From Leptothrix ochracea (lineage in GTDB: Bacteria; Pseudomonadota; Gammaproteobacteria; Burkholderiales; Burkholderiaceae_C): a stretch of 64,000 nt of DNA. The notes under the pieces were generated by a model, which saw only the letters and a program-made list of their open reading frames with translations, was not told where the DNA came from and did no database searches. The DNA lies in the NCBI RefSeq assembly GCF_041083635.1, contig NZ_JBFPHB010000013.1, positions 19,529 to 83,528 on the forward strand. Direction: 5' to 3'. Of this stretch, positions 22,185 through 33,329 are shown piece by piece (position 1 is the first letter of the stretch; every line of letters begins with the position of its first letter). A program made the position numbers and the translations under genes.

Positions 22185-22751
22185 ATGTCGCCAGAACTCA
22201 GTTACGCCGTGACCGGGTTGGGCATTTTGCTCTGCCTGTTTTGTTTTGCCGTGGTCTTTCGCGGCCAGCGCATTCCCGGAGATGAAGGCAGCGCCCAAGA
22301 GCTTGAGTTCAAGGGGTTGAAGCTCAAAGCCAATTCGCTGGTGACGCTTTTGATCGTCTCAGCGCTGCTGGCCGGTTTTCCGCTCGGGCTGCAAGCGTGG
22401 ATCCAGATCAACACACCGGCCGCAACGCCGACCGCGCCCGCCACAGCGCCACAACCGGCCACGCTGCGGCTGTTTGTGACCGGCCAAGTGCTGGACGGCA
22501 ACGGCGGCCAGATTGAGAACGCCACCGTGCGCGTCTTTGATGTGCGCCAAGGCCGCCAAATCCACGAGGCCCAAACCGACGGCTTTGGCAGCTTCGACTT
22601 CCCGCCGTTGGAGCTGGGCCAAGACGATCGCTACAAGGTTGTGATGTCCAAAGACGGCTTTTTGGAACAGACCGTGCTGATGGGCCCGGGCGGGTCGGTT
22701 GGCTTCAACGCTGCGCTGGTCAAGCGCAAGACCCCGGGGACACCACCATGA
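22185..22751 (+). CDS. Hypothetical 2-TM membrane protein with a carboxypeptidase-regulatory/CnaB-like beta domain
   Basis: Two hydrophobic helices, P/A/T linker, VTGQVLDGNGGQIENATV..TDGFGSF. Confidence 0.65.
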   Translation: MSPELSYAVTGLGILLCLFCFAVVFRGQRIPGDEGSAQELEFKGLKLKANSLVTLLIVSALLAGFPLGLQAWIQINTPAATPTAPATAPQPATLRLFVTGQVLDGNGGQIENATVRVFDVRQGRQIHEAQTDGFGSFDFPPLELGQDDRYKVVMSKDGFLEQTVLMGPGGSVGFNAALVKRKTPGTPP

Positions 22752-23527
22752 ACGCACGCGCAGCACTCGTCATCACCGCCGGGCTGTGGGTGGTTGCGGT
22801 ACAAGCTACTGAGCTCGCCACCACCCACATCAGCCCCATCGACCAAGCTGAGATGGTGCTGGTGCCCGCTGGGCCGTTCATCTACGGCGAGGAGGGCCGC
22901 AAATTGCGCCAACTCCTGAGCGATCGGCTCCAAGCGGCGTGGGCCCCCAATTACGCCAGCGAAGCCCCTCGCCAGACGCGCAACCTGCCCAGCTTCTACA
23001 TCGACCGCTTTGAAGTGAGCAACGCGCGCTACAGCGCCTTCTTGCGCGCCCAGCCCGGCCACCGCGCCTCGCGCTACGCCAGCTATCCGCAGTTCAACGC
23101 TCCTGATCAACCCGTGGTGGGTATCGGCTGGTCAGAAGCGGCGGCGTTCTGCGCTTGGGCGGGCAAGCGTTTGCCGAGCGAAGAAGAATGGGAAAAAGCC
23201 GCCCGAGGCACCGACGGTCGCCTCTGGCCCTGGGGTGACGCCTTGAACGAAGCCAGCTTCAACGGCCGCAGCGCCGGGGTCTACAACCCCGCCCCGGTCG
23301 GCAGCCACCGCAGCAGCGACAGCCCCTACGGCGCAGCGGACATGGCCGGCAACGTCTGCGAAATGACCGCCACCCCGTGGGATGCCACCCCAAAGCACGT
23401 CATGCGCGGCGGCTCCTTTCTGAACCGCCTTCCCGACGTCCGCACCACCGTCCGCTGGGCCACCCCGGACGAAGACAACGGCACCAAGTGGCTGGGATTC
23501 AGATGTGCGAGTGCGGTGAAACCGTGA
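22748..23527 (+). CDS. Secreted FGE-sulfatase (SUMF1-like) domain protein
   Basis: PVVGIGWSEAAAFCAWAGKRLPSEEEWEKAARG, DMAGNVCE, RGGSF, GFRCA. Confidence 0.9.
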   Translation: MNARAALVITAGLWVVAVQATELATTHISPIDQAEMVLVPAGPFIYGEEGRKLRQLLSDRLQAAWAPNYASEAPRQTRNLPSFYIDRFEVSNARYSAFLRAQPGHRASRYASYPQFNAPDQPVVGIGWSEAAAFCAWAGKRLPSEEEWEKAARGTDGRLWPWGDALNEASFNGRSAGVYNPAPVGSHRSSDSPYGAADMAGNVCEMTATPWDATPKHVMRGGSFLNRLPDVRTTVRWATPDEDNGTKWLGFRCASAVKP

Positions 23528-23542
23528 CGGCAGCAGCCAACA

Positions 23543-23569
23543 ATGTATATACTTTGTGTATATATACAT
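23543..23569. promoter_or_regulatory. Putative vapBC promoter/operator inverted repeat
   Basis: ATGTATATA-N9-TATATACAT in an AT-rich patch just before the AGGAG RBS. Confidence 0.7.
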
Positions 23570-23581
23570 CAGGAGTCTGCC

Positions 23582-23812
23582 ATGAGCTACGCCCGCATCT
23601 TCCAGTCTGGCAACAGCCAAGCTGTGCGCTTGCCCAAAGAATTCCGCTTCGACGTCGAACAAGTCGAGATCTTTCGTCGCGGCGATGAGGTGGTGTTGCG
23701 CCCGATGGCGGTGAATGGCGCGGTCGCCTTTGATGTCTTGCGCCGTCTTCCCGACGATTTCATGGCCGATGGCCGTGAGGAGCAGCCGCCTCAAGAACGC
23801 GAGGGGCTGTGA
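23582..23812 (+). CDS. vapB: Antitoxin VapB (AbrB/MazE fold)
   Basis: RIFQSGNSQAVRLPKEFRF; stop overlaps toxin start. Confidence 0.93.
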   Translation: MSYARIFQSGNSQAVRLPKEFRFDVEQVEIFRRGDEVVLRPMAVNGAVAFDVLRRLPDDFMADGREEQPPQEREGL

Positions 23813-24216
23813 TGGGTGTGCGCTACTTGCTGGATACCAACATCTGCATCTACATCGCCAAGCACAACCCACCGCAGGTTCGTGCCCGATTTGCCCAACA
23901 CACACTCCAAGAACTGGTGATGTCGGTGATCACGTTGGGCGAGCTGCAATTTGGTGCCGAAAAAAGCCAGCAGCGCGAACGAGCCCTCAGCACCATCCGC
24001 GATCTGACGCACCTGATCACCGTTGCACCGCTGCCAGAAAGCGTCGGCACTCATTACGGTCAGATTCGCGCCGATTTGCAACGCAGCGGCCAAATCATCG
24101 GCAACAACGACCTCTGGCTGGCAGCCCACGCACGCGCCGAAGGCTGGATTCTGGTCACCAACAACGAACGCGAATTCACCCGGGTCGAAGGTTTACAGAT
24201 CGAAAACTGGGCCTAG
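23812..24216 (+). CDS. vapC: Toxin VapC (PIN domain ribonuclease)
   Basis: LLDTNICIY, TLGEL, IGNNDLWLAAHA, LVTNNEREF. Confidence 0.95.
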   Translation: MGVRYLLDTNICIYIAKHNPPQVRARFAQHTLQELVMSVITLGELQFGAEKSQQRERALSTIRDLTHLITVAPLPESVGTHYGQIRADLQRSGQIIGNNDLWLAAHARAEGWILVTNNEREFTRVEGLQIENWA

Positions 24217-24220
24217 CCCC

Positions 24221-24790
24221 TCACACCCCCACCCAACTCTTGGGCGTGGCTTGGGGGATGCCGCTGAGTTGCAGCACGCGCTCGACGGTGTCATCGACGA
24301 GTTCGTCGATGGTTTGTGGTCGGTGATAGAAGGCCGGCAGCGGCGGGAAGATGATGCCGCCCATCTCGGTCACCAGCGTCATGTTGCGCAGGTGGGCGAG
24401 GTTGAACGGGGTTTCGCGCACCATCAGGATCAGGCGGCGGCGCTCCTTGAGCGTGACATCAGCGGCGCGGGTGAGCAGGTTGTCGCCAAAACCATGGGCC
24501 ACGGCGGCCAAGGTTTTCATGGAACAAGGGGCGACGATCATGGCGTCCGTGGTGAAGCTGCCGCTGGCGATGCAAGCCCCGACGTCACCGGGCGCGTGCG
24601 CCTCGTCGGCCAAGGCTTCAAGCGCCTTGCGATCCAAGCCCAATTCGTGATGCACATTGATCACCCCCGCAGGCGTGACCACCACATGGGTTTGCACCCC
24701 AAGAGCGCGAGCCCGTTGCAGCAGGCGCACGCCATAAACCGCCCCGGACGCACCCGTGATGCCAAGGATCAAGCGAGCAGCGGTGGACAT
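24221..24790 (-). CDS. ubiX: Flavin prenyltransferase
   Basis: GITGASG, PCSMKTL, RETP, PAFY. Confidence 0.95.
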   Translation of the reverse strand: MSTAARLILGITGASGAVYGVRLLQRARALGVQTHVVVTPAGVINVHHELGLDRKALEALADEAHAPGDVGACIASGSFTTDAMIVAPCSMKTLAAVAHGFGDNLLTRAADVTLKERRRLILMVRETPFNLAHLRNMTLVTEMGGIIFPPLPAFYHRPQTIDELVDDTVERVLQLSGIPQATPKSWVGV

Positions 24791-24847
24791 CGGAACTCCT
24801 CGGGGCCTCGACAAGCTCAGCCCGAACGGTCGCTGGAAACGAGCGGC

Positions 24848-25159
24848 TTAGGCCTTGAGCAGTTCTTGCAGCTCACCGGCTTGGTACATCTCCATCATGA
24901 TGTCCGAGCCGCCGACGAATTCGCCCTTGACGTAGAGCTGCGGGATGGTCGGCCAGTTGGCGTAGTCCTTGATGCCTTGGCGAATGGCCTCGTCTTCGAG
25001 CACGTTGACCGTCTTGAGCTCGGTCACGCCGCAGGCCTTGAGGATCTGCACCGCACGGCCTGAGAAGCCGCACATCGGAAACTGGGCGGTGCCCTTCATG
25101 AACAGAACCACGGTGTGGGTCTTAACGAGGTCGTCAATGCGCTGCTGAACAGGATTCAT
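24848..25159 (-). CDS. grxD: Monothiol glutaredoxin Grx4
   Basis: CGFS, WPTIPQLYVKGEFVGGSDI. Confidence 0.96.
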   Translation of the reverse strand: MNPVQQRIDDLVKTHTVVLFMKGTAQFPMCGFSGRAVQILKACGVTELKTVNVLEDEAIRQGIKDYANWPTIPQLYVKGEFVGGSDIMMEMYQAGELQELLKA

Positions 25160-25201
25160 GATGTCGGAAGAGATGAAAAGAAGGAGGCGGGAAAGCCCGC
25201 T

Positions 25202-26044
25202 TTATACGGCAAAGCACGCCCCCGTGCAGCGGCAGTGCCCGGCAAGGTCATGGCGATGGGTGATATGACGAAAACCACGGGTCTGAAGCAGCCCGGCCAC
25301 CGCCGGCCCTTGATCGTGGCCGTGCTCCAACAACAGCCAACCGGCTGGCAGCAGATGGTCGGGCGCTTGCTCGACGATGTGGCGGATCGCATCCAACCCG
25401 TCCGCGCCAGAGGTCAAGGCCAACAAGGGCTCATGACGCAGCGCCGGCAGATGCGGGTCGCCTTCAGCGATGTAGGGCGGATTGCTGACGATCATGTCAA
25501 AACGCTGGTCGATCAAAGGCTCGAACCAGCTGCCCTGCAACCAATGCACTGGCAGGCCCAATCGCTCACCGTTCGAACGCGCCACGTCGAGCGCTGCCGG
25601 CGACACATCGACCGCCCAAACCGCTGTGTGGGCGGCACTGCGACAACGCAGCGCCAAGGCAATCGCGCCACTGCCCGTGCCCAAATCGACCACCTGTGGG
25701 GTGGGATGAGGATGACTGGCAAGCAATTCCAAAGCCCAATCGACCAAGGTTTCGGTGTCGGGACGCGGGTCCAGCACGGCCGAAGTGACGTCTAAATCAA
25801 GGCCGTGAAACTCATGGCGCCCGGTCAAGTACGCCAAGGGCACACCCTCGGCGCGCTGCTGCACCATCTGCGCCCACGCTTCGGCCTGCTCGGGAGCGAG
25901 CACCGCATCATCGTGAGCGATGAGCCAGCCGCGCGAGCAACGCAGCACATGCGCCAAAAGCAGCTGCGCATCCAAACGCTCGACGCCCAAGGTGCGGGCT
26001 TGGATCAGGGCCTCAGCAAGGGAGGGGCAAGGCAAGGCACTCAA
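25202..26044 (-). CDS. prmC: Release factor glutamine methyltransferase
   Basis: PRPDTE, DLGTGSG, SNPPY; follows prfA. Confidence 0.96.
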   Translation of the reverse strand: MSALPCPSLAEALIQARTLGVERLDAQLLLAHVLRCSRGWLIAHDDAVLAPEQAEAWAQMVQQRAEGVPLAYLTGRHEFHGLDLDVTSAVLDPRPDTETLVDWALELLASHPHPTPQVVDLGTGSGAIALALRCRSAAHTAVWAVDVSPAALDVARSNGERLGLPVHWLQGSWFEPLIDQRFDMIVSNPPYIAEGDPHLPALRHEPLLALTSGADGLDAIRHIVEQAPDHLLPAGWLLLEHGHDQGPAVAGLLQTRGFRHITHRHDLAGHCRCTGACFAV

Positions 26045-27132
26045 CGGTTTTCCAATTCAGCCAACAGCTCAGCCGCGCGGGCCGTTTGCAAGGCCGTCAA
26101 GATCTCATCCAAGGCACCGTCCATGATGGCGTCGAGTTTGTAGAGCGTGAGGTGGATACGGTGATCGGTCAGCCGCCCTTGCGGGAAGTTGTAGGTGCGG
26201 ATGCGGTCGCTGCGGTCACCGCTACCGATCAGGCTCTTGCGCGCTGCGGCTTCGCGGCTTTGGCGCTCAAGCCGGTCGCGGTCGCGCAAGCGCGCCGCCA
26301 ACACCGCCAAGGCCTTGGCCTTGTTGCGATGCTGCGAGCGATCGTCCTGACACTCCGCCACCAAGCCGGTGGGCAAGTGCGTGACGCGCACCGCCGAATC
26401 GGTCTTGTTGATGTGCTGCCCACCGGCACCGCTGGCGCGGAAGGTGTCGATGCGCAACTCGGCCGGGTTGATCGTGACTTCTTCGGTCGCATCGGGCTCG
26501 GGCAGCACCGCCACGGTGCAAGCGCTGGTGTGGATGCGGCCCTGGGATTCGGTCACCGGCACACGCTGCACACGGTGGCCGCCTGACTCAAACTTCAAAG
26601 CGGCGTACACCGCCTCGCCCTCCATGCGCAGCACCACTTCCTTGTAGCCGCCCAGATCCGACGCACTGGCCGACATCAACTCGGTCGTCCAGCCTTGGCG
26701 CTCAGCGTGGCGCAGATACATGCGCAGCAAGTCAGCGGCAAACAAGGCCGATTCATCGCCCCCGGCACCGGCACGAATTTCAAGAAAAACGTTGCGTTCA
26801 TCATCCGGGTCGCGCGGCACCAACGCCAAATGCAGCAAGGCTTCGAGCCGCACCAGATCAGCTTGGGCGGCGCGGACTTCTTCCTGCGCCATCTCGGCCA
26901 TCTCGGCGTCCAGCGCCGGGTCGGCCAACAAGGCCTCAGCTTCAGCCTGATCGCGCTCGCGCTGGGTGAATTGCGTCCAATAGCCCACCCGCTCGCTCAC
27001 TTGGGCGTATTCACGGTTGAGGGCGCGCAAGCGGGCCAAATCGGTCGCCACGCTGGGCTCAGCCAAGGCGGCGTCGATTTCAGCCAGACGCAGCGGCTGG
27101 CGATCAAGCTGGAGACGGAGGAAGGGGGTCAA
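26041..27132 (-). CDS. prfA: Peptide chain release factor 1
   Basis: GGQ motif, RVPVTE (PxT anticodon). Confidence 0.96.
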   Translation of the reverse strand: MTPFLRLQLDRQPLRLAEIDAALAEPSVATDLARLRALNREYAQVSERVGYWTQFTQRERDQAEAEALLADPALDAEMAEMAQEEVRAAQADLVRLEALLHLALVPRDPDDERNVFLEIRAGAGGDESALFAADLLRMYLRHAERQGWTTELMSASASDLGGYKEVVLRMEGEAVYAALKFESGGHRVQRVPVTESQGRIHTSACTVAVLPEPDATEEVTINPAELRIDTFRASGAGGQHINKTDSAVRVTHLPTGLVAECQDDRSQHRNKAKALAVLAARLRDRDRLERQSREAAARKSLIGSGDRSDRIRTYNFPQGRLTDHRIHLTLYKLDAIMDGALDEILTALQTARAAELLAELENR

Positions 27133-28448
27133 CGGGAACGATCTGCGAAAGGGGTCGTTGTATCGGCCCCTTGGGGACGTTCACCGCGCAAAAAGAGCCG
27201 CGTGACAGCGGTCGCCATCTGCGCGCGCTGCACCGGATCAGCGTTGTGCAACTCAGCCAAGGCACCGTGCAGCATCTTTTGGGTCAAACCCCGCGCCAAA
27301 GCCTCCAACGCCTCTTCGGGGGATGCGCCCTTGGCCAAGAGCTTGCGGGCCCGCCCAAGCTCCGCATGACGCCAAGCTTCGGCCTGAGTGTGCAAAGACT
27401 GAATCAGCGGCACGGTCGAGCGCTGATCAAGCCAGTGCACAAAGTTCTGCACACCCGACTCGATGATGGCTTCGGCTTGGGCCACTGCGGCTTGGCGCTT
27501 TTCGCTGGCGGTTTGCACCAGCGCCGACAAATCATCGACGGTGTAGAGGTAGACGTCATCCAGCCGCGCCACTTCGGGCTCGATATCGCGCGGCACGGCC
27601 AAATCGACCATGAAGATGGGCCGCCGACGTCGGGCCTTGAGCGCGCGCTCAACCGCCCCCAAACCGATGATCGGCACTGGGCTGGCGGTGCAGGAGATCA
27701 CGGCGTCGAATTCATGCAAGCGAGCCGGCACATCTTCGAGCCGCATGGCTTCGGCACCAAAGTGAGACGCCAGCTTTTCGCCGCGCTCCAGCGTGCGGTT
27801 CGCCACCGACATGTGGGCCGGATTGCGCGCTGCAAAGTGCGTCGCCGCCAGTTCAATCATTTCACCCGCACCCACAAAGAGGATGCGGATACGGCTCAGG
27901 TCCTCAAAAAGCTGAGCCGCCAACCGCACGGCTGCGGCCGCCATGCTGATGGAATGCGCGCCGATCTCGGTCGATGTCCGAACTTCCTTGGCCACCGAAA
28001 AAGAACGCTGAAAAAGCTGATGCAGCGTGGTGCCCAAAGCCCCGGCCGCGTCAGCTTCGCGCACCGCTTGCTTCATCTGGCCCAAGATTTGCGGCTCACC
28101 CAACACCATCGAATCCAGCCCAGAGGCCACCCGAAAGGCGTGGCGTGCGGCGGCGTGGCTTTCCATGACGACGGTGTGATCCATCAACTGATCCGGGCTC
28201 ACCCCCCCGCGCTGCGCCAGCCACTCCAAGGCCGGCCGAATCAGGGACGAAGCCCGATGTGAGCCCGTCGCGACGTACAGCTCGGTGCGGTTGCAGGTGG
28301 ACAGCAGCGCCGCCTCGGGTCCCAGCTTGGCAAGGTTGACACAGAACTCTTGCAAGGCCGGCGACAATTGTTCCGGGGCGAACGCAAACCGACCGCGCAG
28401 ATCAAGGGGTGCGGAATGATGGTTCAGGCTCAGGGCTACGACGCTCAT
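27129..28448 (-). CDS. hemA: Glutamyl-tRNA reductase
   Basis: [28 protein letters not shown]. Confidence 0.97.
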   Translation of the reverse strand: MSVVALSLNHHSAPLDLRGRFAFAPEQLSPALQEFCVNLAKLGPEAALLSTCNRTELYVATGSHRASSLIRPALEWLAQRGGVSPDQLMDHTVVMESHAAARHAFRVASGLDSMVLGEPQILGQMKQAVREADAAGALGTTLHQLFQRSFSVAKEVRTSTEIGAHSISMAAAAVRLAAQLFEDLSRIRILFVGAGEMIELAATHFAARNPAHMSVANRTLERGEKLASHFGAEAMRLEDVPARLHEFDAVISCTASPVPIIGLGAVERALKARRRRPIFMVDLAVPRDIEPEVARLDDVYLYTVDDLSALVQTASEKRQAAVAQAEAIIESGVQNFVHWLDQRSTVPLIQSLHTQAEAWRHAELGRARKLLAKGASPEEALEALARGLTQKMLHGALAELHNADPVQRAQMATAVTRLFLRGERPQGADTTTPFADRSR

Positions 28449-28477
28449 AACCTCGATTGTAAGATTGCGCAAAACTC

Positions 28478-28771
28478 ATGGGTCTGATTGACGCCTTTTG
28501 GCACCTTCTTAACTTCGTTGCACCGGCCTTTGCTGTCGGATTGATCAGCACCGGCATGGCGCGTTTGCTCTGGCGTAAGGAGCTCGCTGGCACGCCGTGG
28601 CAACGGATGGCGACATGGGCCATCGGTGCTGATTTGCTGGTTTTATGTGCGGGTTTGGCGCTAAGCGGCCATGACGGCAAAATGACCACTTATGCCAGTT
28701 TGCTGATGGTCAATGCGGGGGCGTTGTGGTGGGGAGGTTTCGGACCGGGAAAACGGGTTCGGCGTTCCTGA
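28478..28771 (+). CDS. Small hypothetical membrane protein
   Basis: Hydrophobic 97-aa ORF with DGKMTTY motif, divergent from hemA. Confidence 0.6.
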   Translation: MGLIDAFWHLLNFVAPAFAVGLISTGMARLLWRKELAGTPWQRMATWAIGADLLVLCAGLALSGHDGKMTTYASLLMVNAGALWWGGFGPGKRVRRS

Positions 28772-28812
28772 CGCACGGCACAGACCACAGACATGCACTC
28801 ATGAGGTCATCA

Positions 28813-29547
28813 ATGCGCATTGAAGGTCAATTCATCGCCTGGGACGAAAAGCGTCATTTCGGCTTCATCCAACCTGCTCATGGCGGCAAAGACATTTTGG
28901 TCAGCGATGGGTCGTTCGACAACAAGGCCGCACGCCCCTCACTCAATGACAAGGTGAGTTTCGAAGTCGAGCTCAGCTCCAAAGGGCGTGAACGAGCCCG
29001 GCGAGTGCGCCCACTGTCAGACACCGACACCAAGCCACAAGCGACAGCCGCCCACTCACCCACAGAGGCCGCCGCCGAGGCCTCACCCAGCACCACGCCG
29101 CATCATCATCGTCGCCATCCCACCGCCAGCGCATCCTCGTGGGACGTCCCCACGCTCTTCGCCATTCCACTGTTTCTGGCGTTTTTTCTTTTCATCAGCG
29201 CCGTCTGGAAGATTCCCAAGATCAGTTTGCTCTGGCCCTTGATGATGAGCATCGCCACCTTCATTGCTTATGCCAAAGATAAGCGCGCGGCTCACAGCCC
29301 CGAAGGCGAGGAGGAAGACCGTATTCCAGAGACGACGCTGCATGGTCTGGCCTTGCTCGGCGGCTGGCCGGGGGCGCTGCTGGCTCAGCAGATGCTGAAA
29401 CACAAAAACGATCAGCGTGTCTTTCGCCTGATGTTCTGGCTCAGCGTGGTCGGCAACAGCGTCTTGTGCGTCGTGTTGTCCATGTCCTACGCCGCTTGGT
29501 TCCTACGCAAAGCCGTCGCCGAAACCTGCACCAGTCTGCCCTGTTGA
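28813..29547 (+). CDS. Cold-shock domain / DUF1294 fusion membrane protein
   Basis: N-terminal FGFIQP..VSFEV; C-terminal AYAKDK..RIPETTLH..GGWPGALLAQQMLKHK. Confidence 0.85.
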   Translation: MRIEGQFIAWDEKRHFGFIQPAHGGKDILVSDGSFDNKAARPSLNDKVSFEVELSSKGRERARRVRPLSDTDTKPQATAAHSPTEAAAEASPSTTPHHHRRHPTASASSWDVPTLFAIPLFLAFFLFISAVWKIPKISLLWPLMMSIATFIAYAKDKRAAHSPEGEEEDRIPETTLHGLALLGGWPGALLAQQMLKHKNDQRVFRLMFWLSVVGNSVLCVVLSMSYAAWFLRKAVAETCTSLPC

Positions 29548-29644
29548 CCCATGTAGGTACAACGCCACGCTCACCCCATCCAAGTGAGGGTGGCGACGTG
29601 GAAAGCTCCGGCTGAAGGGCTCCTGATCCTGTACAAGCAGAGCC

Positions 29645-30781
29645 ATGGAGCTTGACGCCAGAGGCCCGCAATGGGGGGCCCCACTGATCCCCTCATCCCG
29701 ACAACCCACCCTGTCGGCAGCGTTGGGTCGTTCGCGCGTCGCGGGTTTGGATGCGGTGCGAGCGGGGGCCGTGTTGCTCGTCTTGCTTGATCACTCCGAA
29801 CTCACCCCTTTGTGGGACATCGCCATCATTGATGGGGGGTTGGGCGTCGAGATGTTCTTCGTCCTCAGCGGCTTTCTGATCACGTGGCTGCTGCTTGGCG
29901 AGAACGAACATCACGGCCACATCGGCCTGATCAGCTTCTACCGACACCGTGTAGCGCGTTTGATGCCAGCCCTCTTCGCGTATGTCGGTACCGGTTTGCT
30001 GCTCCTGCTGGTGCAAGACAAGCCTGTGCCATGGGGTGCGGTGGTGTCTTCGGCGTTGTATGTCATCAACTACTACCAAGCCTTCACCGGTGCCGAAACC
30101 CATTACCTCGCGCACTGCTGGTCGCTGGCCATTGAAGAGCAGTTCTATCTGCTCTGGCCGCTGATTCTGATCGTGCTTTTGCGCCGCCACGAACCCTTGG
30201 TGCGCGTGCTGGCCTTGACCATCGGGGCGCTTTGGTTGCTCAAAGCGGTGTTGATTCTCGATTCCGGCGCCAGCGATGCCTACGTTTACAGGGCCCTGGA
30301 AACCCGCACCGATCAACTGGCCATCGGCTGCATGCTGGCAGCCATGCTGAAGTCGTTTTTCTGGCGCGAATGGTTCGAGAATCTGGCGCGCCAACGTTGG
30401 TTGTTATGGACACTCGGGGGCCTGCTGCTGCTATCGACCCTGTTGCTGCGCCACTCGATGATCGAGAAGTACCTGATCGGCTACACCTTGGAGCCCCTGC
30501 TGGTCGCGCTCATCTTGCCTTTGGTGATTCTGGAAGCGCAACGCAGCAGCTGGCTCGCCCAACTGCTGAATGCCCAACCCTTGATTCTGATCGGCCAAGT
30601 GTCCTACGGCATCTACCTCTATCACCCCTTGGTGATGCACCCGGTTCGACGCATCGTCGAAACATGGAGCGGCTCAGCCACGCTGGGCATCAGCACCTCC
30701 ATCTTGGCCGTGATCGGCATGGCCTACCTCTCCTTCCGCTTCTTCGAGCAGCCGCTGCGGCAGAAATTGCGGGGCCACTGA
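29645..30781 (+). CDS. Acyltransferase family 3 (OafA-like) membrane protein
   Basis: GLDAVRA, GVEMFFVLSGFLIT, HCWSLAIEEQFY, SYGIYLYH. Confidence 0.9.
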   Translation: MELDARGPQWGAPLIPSSRQPTLSAALGRSRVAGLDAVRAGAVLLVLLDHSELTPLWDIAIIDGGLGVEMFFVLSGFLITWLLLGENEHHGHIGLISFYRHRVARLMPALFAYVGTGLLLLLVQDKPVPWGAVVSSALYVINYYQAFTGAETHYLAHCWSLAIEEQFYLLWPLILIVLLRRHEPLVRVLALTIGALWLLKAVLILDSGASDAYVYRALETRTDQLAIGCMLAAMLKSFFWREWFENLARQRWLLWTLGGLLLLSTLLLRHSMIEKYLIGYTLEPLLVALILPLVILEAQRSSWLAQLLNAQPLILIGQVSYGIYLYHPLVMHPVRRIVETWSGSATLGISTSILAVIGMAYLSFRFFEQPLRQKLRGH

Positions 30782-30784
30782 AAC

Positions 30785-30814
30785 AAAAAAGCGCGGCTTG
30801 AACCGCGCTTTTTT
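30785..30814. terminator. Bidirectional intrinsic terminator
   Basis: AAAAAAGCGCGG-cttgaa-CCGCGCTTTTTT between convergent genes. Confidence 0.9.
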
Positions 30815-30830
30815 GGGGGGAGGCGAGTGC

Positions 30831-32627
30831 TCAGCCTTGAGCCGCCATGGCTGCATTGCGCAAGCGGATGTGCAATTCGCGCAGTTGCTTTTCATCGACC
30901 AAGCTCGGCGCGCCGGTCAGCAAGCACTGGGCGCGTTGGGTCTTGGGGAAGGCGATGACGTCGCGGATCGATTCCGCCTTGGTCATCATGGTGACGATGC
31001 GGTCCAGACCGAAGGCCAAGCCACCGTGCGGCGGCGCGCCGTATTGCAGCGCGTCGAGCAAGAAGCCGAACTTGACTTGGGCGTCTTCCTTGCTGATGTT
31101 CAAGGCGCTGAAGACCTTGCTTTGCACCTCGGCACGGTGGATACGGATCGAGCCGCCGCCCAGCTCCCAGCCGTTCAAGACCATGTCGTAGGCCTTGGCG
31201 ATGCACTTGCCCGGATCGGTGTCCATGTAGTCTTCATGGCCGTCCTTCGGCGCGGTGAACGGGTGATGGACCGCGTTCCAGCGGTTGTCATCCTCGTCGT
31301 ACTCGAACATCGGGAAGTCCACCACCCACAGCGGGGCCCAACGGTCTTCAAAGAGGCCGTTCTTCTTGCCGAACTCGCTGTGACCGACCTTCAGGCGCAG
31401 CGCGCCGATGGCGTCGTTGACCACCTTGGCCTTGTCAGCGCCGAAGAACAGCAAATCACCGTTTTGCGCGCCGGTGCGGCTGAGGATGTCAGCAATCGCT
31501 TGGTCGTGCAGATTCTTGACGATAGGCGATTGCAGACCGTCACGACCTTTGGCCGCATCGTTGACCTTGATCCACGCCAAGCCCTTGGCGCCGTAGATCT
31601 TGACGAACTCGGTGTAGCCGTCGATCTCGCCTCGGCTCATCGCGCTGCCGCCGGGCACGCGCAGCGCCACCACGCGGCCCCCCTTGGTGGTGGCCGGCGT
31701 CGAGAAGACTTTGAAGTCCACCGTGCCCATGACGTCGGTCAGCTCGGTGAATTCGAGCTTGACGCGCAGGTCGGGCTTGTCGGAGCCGAAGCGGTGCATC
31801 GCTTCGCCGTAAGCCATCACCGGATAGTCGCCCAGCTCGACGTTCAACGCCTTGCGGAAGACGTGACGGATCATGCCCTCGAACATCGCGCGGATCTCTT
31901 CCTCGGTCAGGAACGAGGTTTCGATATCGATCTGGGTGAATTCGGGCTGACGGTCCGCACGCAAATCTTCGTCACGGAAGCACTTGACGATCTGGTAGTA
32001 GCGGTCAAAACCGGCCACCATCAACAGCTGCTTGAACAGCTGCGGCGACTGCGGCAGGGCAAAGAAATGGCCGTCATGCACACGGCTGGGCACGAGGTAA
32101 TCGCGCGCACCTTCCGGGGTGCTCTTGGTCAGCATCGGGGTTTCGATGTCCACGAAGCCGTGTTCGTCGAGGAACTTGCGCACCTCCATCGCCACCTTGT
32201 AGCGCAGCATCATGTTCTTTTGCATCGCGGGGCGACGCAGATCAAGCACACGGTGCGTCAGACGGGTGGTCTCGCTCAGGTTGTCGTCGTCGAGCTGGAA
32301 GGGCGGTGTGACGCTGGGGTTGAGCACCTCGACCTCATGGGCCAGCACTTCGACCTTGCCGCTGATCAGATTGGCGTTTTCGGTGCCAGTGGGCCGAGCA
32401 CGCACCAAGCCGACGATCTTGAGACAGAACTCGTTGCGCACGCCTTCGGCGGTCTTGAACATCTCGGCGCGGTCGGGGTCGCAGACGATCTGCACCAAGC
32501 CCTCGCGGTCGCGCAAGTCGATGAAGATCACGCCGCCGTGGTCACGACGACGGTGGGCCCAACCCATGAGGGTGACGGTCTGACCGGTCAGCGCTTCGCT
32601 GACAAGGCCGGCATAGCAAGTACGCAT
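30831..32627 (-). CDS. aspS: Aspartyl-tRNA synthetase, probably non-discriminating
   Basis: HRRRDHGG (His typical of ND-AspRS), [20 protein letters not shown]. Confidence 0.97.
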   Translation of the reverse strand: MRTCYAGLVSEALTGQTVTLMGWAHRRRDHGGVIFIDLRDREGLVQIVCDPDRAEMFKTAEGVRNEFCLKIVGLVRARPTGTENANLISGKVEVLAHEVEVLNPSVTPPFQLDDDNLSETTRLTHRVLDLRRPAMQKNMMLRYKVAMEVRKFLDEHGFVDIETPMLTKSTPEGARDYLVPSRVHDGHFFALPQSPQLFKQLLMVAGFDRYYQIVKCFRDEDLRADRQPEFTQIDIETSFLTEEEIRAMFEGMIRHVFRKALNVELGDYPVMAYGEAMHRFGSDKPDLRVKLEFTELTDVMGTVDFKVFSTPATTKGGRVVALRVPGGSAMSRGEIDGYTEFVKIYGAKGLAWIKVNDAAKGRDGLQSPIVKNLHDQAIADILSRTGAQNGDLLFFGADKAKVVNDAIGALRLKVGHSEFGKKNGLFEDRWAPLWVVDFPMFEYDEDDNRWNAVHHPFTAPKDGHEDYMDTDPGKCIAKAYDMVLNGWELGGGSIRIHRAEVQSKVFSALNISKEDAQVKFGFLLDALQYGAPPHGGLAFGLDRIVTMMTKAESIRDVIAFPKTQRAQCLLTGAPSLVDEKQLRELHIRLRNAAMAAQG

Positions 32628-32660
32628 GAAACAGATCTCTTTGGCTAAGGAACGCCGGGC

Positions 32661-33320
32661 TCAGAGGCCGGCGGGGCGGGTGGTCTGCGGCGCGGAGGCA
32701 AGACCCTCGGCCGTCGGCGCAACCACGCCCATGGAAATGATGTATTTGAGAGCCTCATCGACGCTCATGGCGAGCGGGATGACATCGGCGCGCCGCATCA
32801 TGAGGAAAAATCCCGAGGTCGGATTGGGCGTGGTTGGCACATACAAACTGACGTACTCCCCGTCCAGATGTTCCGCCACCGTGCCGCTCGGACGCCCGGT
32901 CACAAAAGCGATGGTGAGCGAGCCCGCGTGCGGATAAGGCACCAACACCGCCTCACGAAAAGCTTGGCCGCTGGACGAAAACAGCGTGTCCGAAACCTGC
33001 TTGACCGAGGTGTAGATCGACTTGACGATGGGGATGCGTGACACCAGCGCATCCCACTGCCGCAAGGACCATTGCCCCACAAAGTTGGTGACGAAGATCC
33101 CCGTCAGCAGCAGCAACGACAGCAAAATCGCCACGCCCACGCCAGGAATTTCCACCAGTTGATGAAGCACATCGTGGGTACTCAAGGGCAGGATCGCCGC
33201 CGCACCCTGCACCAAAACGTCAAAGACGCTTTCGAGCAGGTTGATGACCCAACGCAGCACCCAAACGGTGATGGCCAACGGCAACCAAGCCAGCAGGCCG
33301 GCAATGATGTATTTCTTCAC
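32661..33320 (-). CDS. DUF502 domain membrane protein
   Basis: IPIVKSIY, YVPTTPNPTSGF. Confidence 0.92.
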   Translation of the reverse strand: MKKYIIAGLLAWLPLAITVWVLRWVINLLESVFDVLVQGAAAILPLSTHDVLHQLVEIPGVGVAILLSLLLLTGIFVTNFVGQWSLRQWDALVSRIPIVKSIYTSVKQVSDTLFSSSGQAFREAVLVPYPHAGSLTIAFVTGRPSGTVAEHLDGEYVSLYVPTTPNPTSGFFLMMRRADVIPLAMSVDEALKYIISMGVVAPTAEGLASAPQTTRPAGL

Positions 33321-33329
33321 AGGGTCCGT

